A stretch of 53,964 bases of DNA, filler included, from an uncultured virus (IMG/VR IMGVR_UViG_2061766007_002098) (lineage: Duplodnaviria > Heunggongvirae > Uroviricota > Caudoviricetes). It is 4 parts of one record of this genome, joined end to end, with 100 filler letters (N's around TTAATTAATTAA, not from the genome) between each part and the next. Parts side by side here need not be neighbours in the genome. Positions count along the whole stretch, not along the records: positions 1 to 26,140 come from IMGVR_UViG_2061766007_002098; 3 more parts are not named here. One strand, given 5' to 3'. The notes beneath the pieces were generated by a model that made no database searches, was not told the origin of the DNA, and saw only the letters and a list, made by a program, of their open reading frames with translations. Both the position numbers and the translations under genes were made by a program. Below are positions 9,374 to 19,742 of the stretch, piece after piece. Positions within the stretch are counted from its first letter, which is position 1. Each line of letters begins with the position of its first letter.

Positions 9374-10177
9374 GCCTTCTTCACCACCTTCTGCACCTTC
9401 TTTATCAGCTCCTCGGTCTCGGCAATCTGCACGATGACCTTCTCGCGGCGTTCGCCGTCCCTGCACAGGTACGAACGGTCGTACAGCTTGTGCTGGTGCT
9501 CGATGAGCGATTCCAGCATCAGTTGAAAATCTTGNNNNNNNNNNNNNNNNNNNNNNNNNNNNNNNNNNNNNNNNNNNNNNNNNNNNNNNNNNNNNNNNNN
9601 NNNNNNNNNNNGTATCTTCTTCCGTGTATGGACATCTTTCTGTAAACAGCTTGGCATATTCTCCTTTACCCAATTGAGTTATAACGTGCTCGAACAGATT
9701 GAAGTTTACCTTCGGGNNNNNNNNNNTCGTAGGTTCTGTAATCGCAGAGAGATTTTCTTTGGTTTCCTTCTCTACCTTGTTATCGGTGTCCGCGTGCTTG
9801 GTCGGCGTTGTGGGGTAGGAGTCAAGCTTGCCTCCGTTCAGTTCCTTTCGGAAGTGCGGCCAGTTGAATATGTACGCCGGAGTGAACCANNNNNNNNNNN
9901 NNNNNNNNNNNNNNNNNNCCGCTATTTCGGAAGGGTCTACTTCAGCCTGCTCCGCAATGGGTCTAGGCTCTCTTGCCTTGCAATTTTCCTTCGGACATAG
10001 ACTGCACGCGGAAGTGTTGTGGTAATAGTAGCACATCAAGTTTTCCTTCACGTAACCAGGAGCGTCTTTTACAAGANNNNNNNNNNNNNNNNNNNNNNNN
10101 NNNNNNNNNNNNNNNNNNNNNNNNNNNNNNNNNNNNNNNNNNNNNNNNNNNNNNNNNNNNNNNNNNNNNNNNNNNNN

Positions 10178-10402
10178 CATTCCCTTCTCTCCGTAAGACT
10201 TGGCTATGTCGGCGAAGCGCTTCTCGTAGACATCGCGTTCGTTCAGGTCTACCGCGTTCTTTACGGAAATCGCCGAGGCCTCGAAGAAGTCTCCGAGAAC
10301 GGAATAGTAGTCCCTGTCGTGTATGGACCGGAGCTTCTTCGCGATTTCTTCGGAAGCCCTGGAACGGACGCCGAGTATTTCCTTTTCTGCTGTCTCCGCC
10401 AT
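10178..10402 (-). CDS. N-6 DNA methylase, probable N-terminal fragment
   Basis: YSVLGDFFEASAIS...YEKRF..IAKSY is typical of the N-terminus of small phage N6 MTases; the catalytic part appears at 12881-13209. Confidence 0.5.
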
Positions 10403-10405
10403 GGT

Positions 10406-10690
10406 CTATACCGCCCTGCGGATTTCGTCGATTGGAACTATGCGGCGCGATTCCATGTAGGCGTCAAGGTCTTCGCGGCGGAACTTGGTGAACTTCCCGT
10501 CCTTGATGTGCGGAATCTCCCTTGCGCGTACTCGGTCCGCGAGAGAGCGCTCCGTTGTCTTGAGGTAGTCTACCGCCTGTTCGAAAGAGAGATACCGCTG
10601 CTCCGGGTGCATCATCGCGTGCATGGCCTGTATGATGTCGTTGCGCATCTGCTCGATGTCATTGCGCGTTACGAGTTCGTCAGGTGTCAT
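10406..10690 (-). CDS. excisionase-like HTH_17 protein
   Basis: YLSFEQAVDYL...LADRVRAREIPHIKDGKFTKFRREDLDAYM. Confidence 0.8.
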   Translation of the reverse strand: MTPDELVTRNDIEQMRNDIIQAMHAMMHPEQRYLSFEQAVDYLKTTERSLADRVRAREIPHIKDGKFTKFRREDLDAYMESRRIVPIDEIRRAV

Positions 10691-11087
10691 TGTGTTTTCC
10701 CTCCGTTTCTTGCTTGTGTTCGATTCCCATGAAGATGTTCAGGTTCCTGTGCGCCCGTATTTCGAGCATCGTCCCGCACCATAGCGCTATGAACAGCGCG
10801 CGGTCTTCTCCGTAGAAAAGGAACGCCGTCGTGAAGTAAATCGCTAGTGCCAGGTATATGTATGTGAACAGCCTGTCGATCATTTCGTTTTCCTTTTCTT
10901 CGACTTGTCCTTGTTGCAGAACCACTCCTGTTCCTCCGCCCACCAGCCCTTCGGTAGCTGGGATAGCAGTTTCGCGGCCTCCTTGCGTTCCTTTTCGGTG
11001 AGTTCTCGTCGGTCGCCCGGTCCCATGTAGTAGTAATCCATGCCGAGGTGTACCGCCTCGCAGATTTTAAACTGGTGCTTGGTTAGG

Positions 11088-11432
11088 TTAATCATCATCG
11101 TTTTGCTCCATCATTTTCTTTGCGATTCTGATTTTTAAACGTCTTTTTGAAATCTTTCTGTAATCCGGTAATGCACCTGATTGCTTATCCGATTTTGTCC
11201 AGTATTTCCTTCCGCACTTTCCACACACTATTCCAGGATGAATGTCTAAACCATAAGCGTCAGCATCTTTATCATCTTGAACCATTTCCTTTGGCAGTTC
11301 TTTACTAGCTCTTATCCATTTGTAACAATCGGAGCATATTACCCGATTTCTACGGTGGGCGAAACGTGGAATGCTCAAACCGGTAAATTCAAGAACTTCG
11401 TTCTGAAATTCATTCAGCTCTCTACGCATCAT
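11088..11432 (-). CDS. hypothetical protein with CxxC pairs
   Basis: CSDC...CGKC, overlapping operon structure. Confidence 0.55.
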   Translation of the reverse strand: MMRRELNEFQNEVLEFTGLSIPRFAHRRNRVICSDCYKWIRASKELPKEMVQDDKDADAYGLDIHPGIVCGKCGRKYWTKSDKQSGALPDYRKISKRRLKIRIAKKMMEQNDDD

Positions 11433-11681
11433 TTCTTAATCTCCTTGTCCGTTGAATTCCTCTTATTTGTCTGCGGAGCTGACGAATTTCCTTTTTCCTG
11501 TACATCAGGCGAAGTTCGTGGTTGCTTATGTGGTTGTGTCGGTGGCCGCCTTTCATGTTAGGGCGGTAATGCTCGACACATTCGTTGTACGCGAAAACTG
11601 TTAAAGCGTGATGTACTTTTGTCGTGACGTAGCAGCCGTTGCCTTCATATTTTACTTTCGATGTGTGCCAGCTAAACTTTC

Positions 11682-12056
11682 TCATAAGCTCGTTTCCTTT
11701 TGGAATGGTGCCAAACGGTAGTCCATCACCTTGTCTTCGATGAAATGAGCTATTGCGTAGATTCTATAGTCTTTCAAAATCGCACGGACAGGAGAACCCT
11801 TGAGCTTGTTCCAATGATCCACACCAGCAACTTCCATAATTCGGAAAATTGCGGTCATGCCCTTTTCCCACCCTTCCAGCTTGTAGTCGCCTTTTAACCT
11901 TTTGGCGAACGACCAGCCTCCAAAAACGCAATGGCCTCTCTGAAGGTTTAGCGTTATGTTTACGGTAGGGTATTCTTCTGTGGTGATGTCGGCGTTTTCG
12001 ATCAATGCGTTCATCACTTCGTATCCGTTCTGGATATACATTTCTATAGGGTTCAT
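11682..12056 (-). CDS. conserved phage hypothetical protein
   Basis: NALIENADI...FGG...IFRIMEVAGVDHWNKLKGSPVR...AIAHFIED, a common phage family. Confidence 0.65.
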   Translation of the reverse strand: MNPIEMYIQNGYEVMNALIENADITTEEYPTVNITLNLQRGHCVFGGWSFAKRLKGDYKLEGWEKGMTAIFRIMEVAGVDHWNKLKGSPVRAILKDYRIYAIAHFIEDKVMDYRLAPFQKETSL

Positions 12057-12057
12057 T

Positions 12058-12393
12058 TTATTTCTCCCATGTTATCACGAAATACGTCTTTCCAGGCTCC
12101 GCGCCCCATTCGGGCTTTCCCGTGCCGATTCGGACTTTCGGGTTCTTGAATTCAAGGCGACGCTCCATATCGGTTTTCTTCGGATAGCCGAGCGTGAACA
12201 CAAGCGTATCAAAATCATTGCGGATTTCAAAATAGAAGCCCCCAATCGGATTGAGCCACGGTTGATTAGGATTCTTCTCTCGGCACAGCCGTTTATACCA
12301 GCATTCCTTCATTTCCCGATATTCTTCTTTCTTTTCGCCCGACTTAATCATGTCGAACCACTGCTTCTTCAGCGATAGCGTGAGCGTCTTCAT
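12058..12393 (-). CDS. ASCH-domain protein
   Basis: LTLSLKKQWFDMIKSGEKKEEYRE...FTLGY...GKPEWGAEPG. Confidence 0.85.
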   Translation of the reverse strand: MKTLTLSLKKQWFDMIKSGEKKEEYREMKECWYKRLCREKNPNQPWLNPIGGFYFEIRNDFDTLVFTLGYPKKTDMERRLEFKNPKVRIGTGKPEWGAEPGKTYFVITWEK

Positions 12394-12695
12394 TTTTCAT
12401 CCTTAGGAGCCGACGGCAGCGGCATCCATTTTGTGTAAAGTTCTTGGTTCTCGACATCAAATTTGCATGTAATATCCCATCGGCGTAATTCAATGTATGT
12501 CCCGTATCTAGACGGATTTTCGACGAATACTAGAATCCACTGCTTTTCTTTCGGCTTTTCCTCGCTGAACTTTCTCCAGCGGCGTTCTTCTTCCAGCTCT
12601 GCGATGCGTTCTTTCAGGCGCACGACGCCGTCGAGCACATTGCCTGCCTGCTCCATCATGCCGTGCGTGTTGAGGTGGTGCAATTCTATTGCCAT
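12390..12695 (-). CDS. DUF551-like protein
   Basis: RWRKFSEEKP...ILVF...KWMPLPSAP. Confidence 0.65.
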   Translation of the reverse strand: MAIELHHLNTHGMMEQAGNVLDGVVRLKERIAELEEERRWRKFSEEKPKEKQWILVFVENPSRYGTYIELRRWDITCKFDVENQELYTKWMPLPSAPKDEK

Positions 12696-12720
12696 TGTGT
12701 TTTCCTTTGTTTTTATGTAG

Positions 12721-12810
12721 GTGGCTGGCGGGGCTCGAACCCGCACGATGCGTTACGCATCCGAGTAGCATAGACTCGCTTTTGCTGCTCTACCGTTGAG
12801 CTACAGCCAC
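12721..12810 (-). ncRNA. tRNA-like RNA with non-canonical anticodon domain
   Basis: Acceptor GTGGCTG/CAGCCAC, D arm GCTC-AACGGTA-GAGC, T arm GCGGG-TTCGAGC-CCCGC; 7-nt insertion before a CGAGT-CTATGCT-ACTCG hairpin. Confidence 0.8.
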
Positions 12811-12880
12811 TGTGTTTTAGGTTTCGTCGATGAGTTTCTTGATCTGGTCGCCGAGGACTTTCTTGTAATCNNNNNNNNNN

Positions 12881-13209
12881 TATGAACATGTTGTGAGCGT
12901 AGTTGATTCCTGCCGCGTGCATGACGTCGATGGCGGCCACCATGAGTCCACCGGCTCCGCACGTGGGCTCGTAGAACGTTATTACACGGTCGGGATTCTC
13001 TTCTATTTCGCTGATGAAACGGTCCTTTTCAAGGTTGCACTCTGCCATCATTCGCGAAACGTGGTAAGGCGTGAAGAACTGCCCGAGCCCTTTCGAGTTG
13101 GTGCCGCTCGCCATGTATAGCTCTCCCGCGAAGTCGCGGAACATCGCGCTGCCGTGTATAGCCGCGTGAATCTCGTCCGTGAACAGCGACAGACATTCCG
13201 CAAAAATAT
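12881..13209 (-). CDS. N-6 DNA methylase, central fragment
   Basis: GELYM...GLGQFFTPYHVSRMMA...FYEPTCGAGGLM (motif I). Confidence 0.8.
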
Positions 13210-13468
13210 TNNNNNNNNNNATCCATGTGGTTGAATTGGATCGTGAGGAAGTTGTAATCTTGGTTCTTTTCCTTCGCTTCCTTGATTTCTTCGCTCAAGG
13301 ACTTGCAACGGTCATACACCTTGTCGCGTTCGAGCGCGAGCTTCAGGATTTTCTCGCTCGGTGTTTCCTCGTGCTTTTTGCGGAGACGGTTCAGCATTTC
13401 GAACAGGTTTCCCGGAATTTCTTTTTCGTTGTTCTTGTTTTGTTCACACATGGTTTGTTTCCTTTGCC

Positions 13469-13924
13469 CTACTGGGCGGTTGTTTGGTTGTTTGTTTCAA
13501 TCTCCATATAGTCTACAGTTGGTTCGTGCCACTCGGTATCGTCCCACTTGCGGACAAAGACATTGTTTGCCTTTGTTTCACTATGACCTTGGTCGTACCA
13601 CCACTCAATTGCAGCTCTTGAACTATCACCAATGCAATTACACCACTCCCCGTTCCCCTGTGCAAGCCACTTTGCCAGCTCTCGGTTTGTAGCAATGCGC
13701 GGTGCGAGGTTTTCGGGGAGTATGGCGCAATGATGGTAGCGATATAGGTTTGAATCAATTACCTTCATTTTCAATTTTGCGCTGTCTGGGAAAATTGCTA
13801 TTACATCTTGTTCGCACGGACTTAAAAAATCATCATCCCACACCACGCACCTTCTAGGCGGGTCGAAAATCTGCGGTTCGGTTACTTCCTCCAGCTCCAT
13901 TCCGTTGTATTTAATCGTTGCCAT
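13469..13924 (-). CDS. hypothetical protein
   Basis: MATIKYNG... ORF with AAGGAG RBS. Confidence 0.6.
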   Translation of the reverse strand: MATIKYNGMELEEVTEPQIFDPPRRCVVWDDDFLSPCEQDVIAIFPDSAKLKMKVIDSNLYRYHHCAILPENLAPRIATNRELAKWLAQGNGEWCNCIGDSSRAAIEWWYDQGHSETKANNVFVRKWDDTEWHEPTVDYMEIETNNQTTAQ

Positions 13925-14077
13925 TGTCGGTCTCCTTATCAGTGAAAAAATCATCAACATACATCAAAAACTTTTCTTCACACTTTTGGCATAAATCATA
14001 AACGAACGGGTCGCCAAAGTCCAAATGGGAGTTTCCATCGCCTTTACGTAATTTCTTCTTGCATTTGTCGCAAATTC

Positions 14078-14479
14078 TCATTTGTATTCCTCCGCCTTCG
14101 CTCGGCACTTGCGTTCTACTTCTTGGAACATTTTCCACCACTCCATCGCAGTTCTAGCAACTCCTAAAGGCTTGCCCGATTCATCTCTTTTGCGGGATGT
14201 AAAATGGAGAACTTGTGTATAAGGGTGGTTGTCAATAACAATTGCCACAAAACGAGCTTTTTCAGCCCTAGCGAGCCACAACGCCCGTTTCAGCCTGCGG
14301 TTCTCCATCCCTGCATCCACCATCTCGGCGTATGCCGTAGCCTTTGCATCCTCAAGTTTCGCCTTGAGCTCTGCGATGGCGGCGTCTACTTCATCCTTGA
14401 GGTAGAATTTGCCGGTGTCATTTCCGCTTCTAACCCAGTCGCCTGTCCTGTCGATATATACAGATTTCAGTTCGTTCAT
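14078..14479 (-). CDS. hypothetical coiled-coil protein
   Basis: 133-aa ORF in the operon. Confidence 0.6.
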   Translation of the reverse strand: MNELKSVYIDRTGDWVRSGNDTGKFYLKDEVDAAIAELKAKLEDAKATAYAEMVDAGMENRRLKRALWLARAEKARFVAIVIDNHPYTQVLHFTSRKRDESGKPLGVARTAMEWWKMFQEVERKCRAKAEEYK

Positions 14480-14485
14480 AGTTCT

Positions 14486-15229
14486 TTACATCATTCCTAG
14501 TTTGTTCATAATCGCTTCCTGCTCGCGCTGGAGACGTTTCTGTTCAACGACCTCGCGGGTGTTGCCGATGTGCGACTTTCGCATGTTCTCGATGCTTTCC
14601 GGCGTGAACCAGTAGCCGCGCTTCTCGGCATTCTCGCGCTTCACCCTTTGGCACTTCTCCACCCATTCCCCGTCGGGGTCGTTGCGGCGGCGGGTGGCCC
14701 ACATCCTGCGCGTCTTCATCGCCATTACGTGCGGCTTCCTGGCGCACATCTCCCTGAAAGTCTGTCGGCCTCTTTCGAGGTCGCGGCACATCTGTTCGTG
14801 GCGCGCCTCGTCCATCGCGTGTATCCGTCCAAATTCCTCCGCGCTGACGAAGTCGAGGTTGTCTACGGCGTAGTTCTCACGGTTGCCGTCCTTGAAGACG
14901 ATCGCGAGGCCCTTCGGCTTCTCCGTTCCGTGAATCTTGCGGTACATGTAGCTCGAAAGCGTCTCGCGCCTTCCAGGCGCCGTAGTGCCTCGGTAGTAGC
15001 CCCTCATGAACCAGTAGAAGGTGATGCCGTCGATGACGATGGTCTTGTTCTTTGAGGCCTTCTTGTGTACGTTCCTTTCGCTCATGTCGATGCCGGATTT
15101 CTTGATGTAGCTCCATACGGTCGTCTTGTCGATGCCGAGTTCATCGGCGACCTTGTGCGTGGAGCCCAGCTCCTTGTAGAGTTCAGCGGCCTTTTCGACG
15201 AGGTGCGGGTAGCGAAGTTTGTTAGCCAT
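14486..15229 (-). CDS. HTH plus degenerate HNH plus NUMOD3-like protein
   Basis: N-terminal HTH (KVADELGIDKTTV), IVFKDGNRENYAVDNL (HNH with His replaced), FTPESIENMRKSHIG. Confidence 0.65.
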   Translation of the reverse strand: MANKLRYPHLVEKAAELYKELGSTHKVADELGIDKTTVWSYIKKSGIDMSERNVHKKASKNKTIVIDGITFYWFMRGYYRGTTAPGRRETLSSYMYRKIHGTEKPKGLAIVFKDGNRENYAVDNLDFVSAEEFGRIHAMDEARHEQMCRDLERGRQTFREMCARKPHVMAMKTRRMWATRRRNDPDGEWVEKCQRVKRENAEKRGYWFTPESIENMRKSHIGNTREVVEQKRLQREQEAIMNKLGMM

Positions 15230-15351
15230 TGACAAGCCTCATCAAGCAGATTGTGAGACCCACCACCCACGCCACGAACGTGCAGATAGCTGCCACCGTG
15301 AAGGCTATCGCAACGATCCATAACCAGATGTTCGTCAGTTTTTCCTTCATG

Positions 15352-16057
15352 CTACACCGCCTTTCCTTCGTATTTCAAAGCTTGGAACATATCGGGCTGG
15401 TAGTTTCCCAGCAACTTGTTGATAGAATCGTTAAAGAAATTGCGGTCAACCTCGAAGCCGTAGGATTTGCGGCCTAGGGATTGCGCTGCAAGCAAAGTAG
15501 TGCCGGAGCCGCAGCAAGGGTCGATCACCACATCGCCTTCATCCGTGAACAAGTCAATGAGTTTTTTTATTAGCGGTACAGGTTTCTGCGTTGGGTGCAC
15601 CTTCGGCGTGTCCGTATCGCGTTCCCAGTCGATGCAGTTGAAAATCATCTTGCCGCGGTTGTTGAATTTCGGCAGCTTGTTACGGTAGAACAAAAGGCCG
15701 TATTCGCANNNNNNNNNNGAACTTGAATAGCTGCTCGAATTCGCAGAACAGAATCATGCATGGCGCGCGTCCGCTTTCTTTCGGTTCCTTCGTAAGCATT
15801 TTAGAACAGAAGTGCATAAATTCGGCGGGACGGAATTCGTCCTCGGAATTGAAAAACTTTTTGCCTGCAAGTTCACTTTCGCCGTTCTTGTTGTCGCCGC
15901 CGACATACCAGGAAGGATTGCTTCCATATGCATTCGTTCCGAGGTTGTACGGCACATCTGCAATAATAAGTTGAGCTTTCGGTATCTGATAAACCTTGTA
16001 ATTCTGGAAGCTGTCGCGATACAGGTTCATATCGTACAGGTGCCATTCGTTGTTCAT
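15352..16057 (-). CDS. beta-class N4/N6 DNA methyltransferase (gap inside)
   Basis: IIADVPYN (motif IV), HPTQKP, VVIDPCCGSGTT (motif I). Confidence 0.9.
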
Positions 16058-16388
16058 CGTCATTCCTCGTCGTTTCAAATCCTTCCCCGCAGTTATGGCC
16101 TGCGGGTGGAGGCGCGGCGGTTTACCCGTCTTCGTCGGCACCATCTAATTCACAGATTTGTATGCCGCCTAGAGGCTTTGGCGGTAAATGTAAATGGAGT
16201 CCACTCTACCAGCCTTCGCCGCGCCATTGCGTCCCTAAAGTCCGGTTATAGGCGACGCAATTTTTTTAAAGTTTCCCTGCGGGCAGAGCGGTGTAATTCA
16301 CTAGGTTTTAGAATATAAACGAAATGTTGGTGAACACTCTGTCCGCAGGGTGCGCGCCAATCGGTTGTTCATGGCGCGTAGTATGTGT

Positions 16389-16457
16389 GCCCGCCGGGTG
16401 CGATTTACAAAGGCGTATTATTGTGTTGCGGCACAAATGTGCCTGCACCCATTGGGC
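16389..16457 (-). ncRNA. 69-nt hairpin RNA, copy A
   Basis: GCCC-N3-GGGTGC ... GCACCC-N3-GGGC closing stem, inner hairpin, CAACACAA; starts 3 nt after tRNA-CAT. Confidence 0.65.
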
Positions 16458-16460
16458 TAT

Positions 16461-16533
16461 TGCACCACCCAGGATTCGGACCTGGAACCAGCGAGTTATG
16501 AGTCCGCCGCTCTGACCGTTGAGCTAGTGGTGC
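16461..16533 (-). tRNA. tRNA with CAT anticodon (Ile2/Met-like)
   Basis: GCACCAC/GTGGTGC acceptor, GCTC-AACGGTCA-GAGC, GCGGA-CTCATAA-CTCGC, CCAGG-TCCGAAT-CCTGG. Confidence 0.85.
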
Positions 16534-16621
16534 GGGTGGCCGTTGTCTCCGAAAGTGGCCGGCTTTCTACCAGTATTACAGGAGGGTTGTCTGTCCTTAC
16601 TCGGTCAGGCTGTCGAGAGAA

Positions 16622-16694
16622 TCAGAAAGGCAGTCCATCCAGGTCCTCGTCGCTAGGCGGCGCGTAGCCATGCGCCTGCTGCGGCGGGTTCGCG
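16622..16694 (-). CDS. ssb: SSB C-terminal tail (fragment)
   Basis: ...HGYAPPSDEDLDGLPF*. Confidence 0.6.
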
Positions 16695-16704
16695 NNNNNN
16701 NNNN

Positions 16705-17150
16705 GTTGCCGACAATTTTCATGTTGGCCTTGAGGACTTGAGGGGAGTAGTTCTTACGGAAAACGAGGTTGATGTAATTAGGCAATCCGTACTGTTTACC
16801 GAGTTCGATAAACTTGAATTGCTGCTCGAACTCGCAGAACAGAATCATGCAGGGCGCGCGTCCGCTTTCCTTCGGCTCCTTCGTGAGCATTTTAGAACAG
16901 AAGTGCATGAATTCGGCGGGGCGGAATTCGTCCTCGGAATTGAAAAACTTTTTTCCTGCAAGTTCGCTTTCGCCGTTCTTGTTNNNNNNNNNNNNNNNNN
17001 NNNNNNNNNNNNNNNNNNNNNNNNGTTCGTTCCGAGGTTGTACGGCACATCGGCTATAATAAGTTGAGCTTTTGGAATTTGATAAACCTTGTAATTCTGG
17101 AAGCTGTCTCTATACAGGTTCATATCGTACAGGTGCCATTCGTTGTTCAT
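16705..17150 (-). CDS. second allele of the beta-class DNA MTase (fragment)
   Basis: Near-identical to 15718-16057. Confidence 0.8.
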
Positions 17151-17389
17151 TTCGTTGTATCCTTCCTTGTTTCAAATCCGTTCCCGCAGTTATGGCCTGC
17201 GGGTGGAGGCGCGGCGGTTACACCTTCTCTGTGGCATAGCTAATCCGTTGATTTTTATGCCGCCTAGTGGCGTGGGCGGTATGCAAAAAATGGAGTCTTC
17301 TANNNNNNNNNNTGTATGTTTACAGATTTTAGAAGAAAGTTCAGTTGTTGGTTTAACTTTCAGTTTATGCTGCCATCGTGCAAATTCGG

Positions 17390-17458
17390 GCCCTCCGGGT
17401 GCTGGTAAATTAGGGGTTGTGTTGTACACTAGTGTCAAACTAGTTGCACCCATCGGGC
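17390..17458 (-). ncRNA. 69-nt hairpin RNA, copy B
   Basis: Same closing stem; inner ACTAGT-TTGAC-ACTAGT; then CAACACAACCCCTA. Confidence 0.65.
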
Positions 17459-17576
17459 TTTTAAGTTCATGCGGCCTTCTTCAGCTTGCCGCGGTAGGTA
17501 TCGTTGTAAGTCTTTTTCTTCGCCTTGTATGCAGGGTCGTCCTTGTGTCTTGCCCTGTATNNNNNNNNNNATTTTC

Positions 17577-17645
17577 GCCCTCCGGGTGCGGAACTTATAG
17601 GGGTTGTGTCGTACACATGTGTCAAACATGCTGCACCCATCGGGC
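17577..17645 (-). ncRNA. 69-nt hairpin RNA, copy C (allele of B)
   Basis: Inner GCATGT-TTGAC-ACATGT shows compensatory change relative to B. Confidence 0.65.
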
Positions 17646-18186
17646 TTTTAAGTTCATGCGGCCTTCTTCAGCTTGCCGCGGTAGGTATCGTTGTATATCT
17701 TTTTCTTCGCCTTGTATGCAGGGTCGTCCTTGTGTCTTGCCCTGTATTGCCTGGCGTATTCCCTCATGGCTTCCGGGTGTTCCCTTTTCCACTTGTCGGC
17801 GTTGGCACGCATCTTTTCCTTGTGGGAGGCGTAGTATTCGGCATCGTAGTCGGGGTGGTTATCGCGCCACCGCTTGCTCCGTCTCTTGCCGTTTTCCACC
17901 CTGTTCCGCTGCACGGGGTCTTCAATCCTGTGTACCGTTGCGGCGGGTCTCATGCGTTCGCCTATGAGTGATTCCCAGTTAGCCATGTTTTCTGTTCTCC
18001 GGTTTAAAAACTTGTCTACTTCGTGAGCTTCTGCATTTGATTCATGAGGGCGCGCATCTGCCCTTCCTTCTGTGTGCGGTCGTTCTTTTCGAGGTGGGCG
18101 CGGATTTCGTTGCCGAAGTGGCGGTCTATTGCCCGGTAGCAGGCCACCATCGCGCCCCACGCCTTCGAGTAGTCCGTTCTATGCTT

Positions 18187-18352
18187 GGTGCGCTCCATAG
18201 CTGCCGTGCGCTCCATAGCTGCCGTGCGCTCNNNNNNNNNNTCGGTCGATGGCCCGGTAGCAGGCCACCATCGCGCCCCACGCCTTCGAGTAGTCCGTAC
18301 TGTGCTTGGTGCGCTCCATAGCTGCCGTGCGCTCCATAGCTGCCGTGCGCTC
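18187..18352 (-). repeat. 18-bp coding tandem repeat (ERTAAM)n, duplicated across gaps
   Basis: GTGCGCTCCATAGCTGCC units on the plus strand. Confidence 0.85.
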
Positions 18353-19150
18353 NNNNNNNNNNTTCTTCATGCAATCCTTGAATGCGCTTTCAACGAGCCG
18401 CTTGCCTGCGGATTTCATGAGCTGGCAATGGATAGCTTTCAGGGCGTAGAAATAGGTGTTTTCGCGCTCGTTGAGTTCGTGGATGGCGTTCTGCAATTTC
18501 AGCACCTTGCGGGCGAGGCATACCTCAAGCGCGGTGTGGCTCCCCCCCCCCTGGCNNNNNNNNNNAGCCATGAAAAGCGCAATCTTGGCAAGTTCCTTCT
18601 CGCGCTCGGTCGCATCTTCGGGAAGGTTGCTCACGCGCCCCTTCTTCTCGTCAAAGAACCGCTGCTGCGCCTCGGTCAGTTTCCATTCGGTATTCATACC
18701 CCCCCCCAGCGTTTTCAGGGCCTCGGCAAAGGGAGGGTTCCCGATGCAGTCGTTATAGATGTGTTCGTGTTCGTTGTTCATTTTGTTTTACCTCTTTTTT
18801 AGTTGGTTGATTTCGCTTTCAAGTTCCTTTATCCTGGCTTTCGCCATGTCCCATTCGACCTCGTGCTTGCGCAGCTCTTCAAGCTCTCCGCTGATGGCTT
18901 CAAAAGTCTCGCGCAAGAGGGCCACGCTTTCGGCACCTTCTTCGTTCCTGATGCTCACGGTCTTTTCGTACTTGAGTAGGCGGTTCACGAGCGCATTTCT
19001 TTCTACCACGAGGGCATCGTAGGCGTGNNNNNNNNNNGTTTTACCTCGTTTTTAGTTGGTTGATTTCGCTTTCAAGTTCCTTTATCCTGGCTTTCGCCNN
19101 NNNNNNNNAGAGTTCAATTACCATTTTGTTTCTCCTGTTAAAAAAGGCTA

Positions 19151-19252
19151 GTGGAACTGGCGGAATCGAACCGCCATCACAAGGCATTCAGTTTCACTTA
19201 GTCTTAAGAAACCTTGTGCGCACCGAGCGTGCCGTGGTGCCGCACTTTTCTA
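19151..19252 (-). ncRNA. tRNA-like RNA with extended anticodon-position stem
   Basis: T arm GGCGG-TTCGATT-CCGCC, stem CACAAGG/CCTTGTG, D-position hairpin GCACC/GGTGC; poor acceptor stem. Confidence 0.5.
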
Positions 19253-19288
19253 TCAAGGGCTGCGGCTCACCCCTGCCGGAGACACGGC

Positions 19289-19732
19289 TTAGAAGGGCAA
19301 ATCGTCCGCGTATGCGTCCGCCTGTGCGTCCATTCCCTGCTGGTAGTCGTTGGCTACCTCCTGCCCGAAAACGGAACCCTGCTGGCCCTGCGGCTGCGTA
19401 TTCCTCGGCGTGAGTACCTGGAACGTGCTGGCGTTGATTTCGGTCATATAGCGCTTCTGCCCGTTGTTGTCCGTCCACGAGCGGTTCGCAATTTCGCCTT
19501 CCACGTAGAGCTTCACGCCCTTGCCTACATTCAGCTTCTCGAAGGTCTCGGCAGACTTGCCCCAGATGGCGATGTTGTGCCATTCGGTAAGCTCCTTCTG
19601 TTCGCCGTTATTGTCGCGGTATTTCTTGGAGGTGGCGAGGGAGAAGCGCACGCACTTCTTGCCGTTCGGGGAGGTAACGGTAGGGTCTTTCCCGATGTTG
19701 CCGATAAGCATTGCTTTGTTCAAATAGGCCAT
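19289..19732 (-). CDS. ssb: single-stranded DNA-binding protein
   Basis: MAYLNKAMLIGNIGKDP...TEWHNI...LYVEGEI...DDLPF. Confidence 0.95.
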   Translation of the reverse strand: MAYLNKAMLIGNIGKDPTVTSPNGKKCVRFSLATSKKYRDNNGEQKELTEWHNIAIWGKSAETFEKLNVGKGVKLYVEGEIANRSWTDNNGQKRYMTEINASTFQVLTPRNTQPQGQQGSVFGQEVANDYQQGMDAQADAYADDLPF

Positions 19733-19742
19733 ATTTACCTCG

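Noticed and set aside
18187..18352. Possible CRISPR-like array
   Set aside because: Contiguous 18-bp coding repeats with no spacers; no cas genes.
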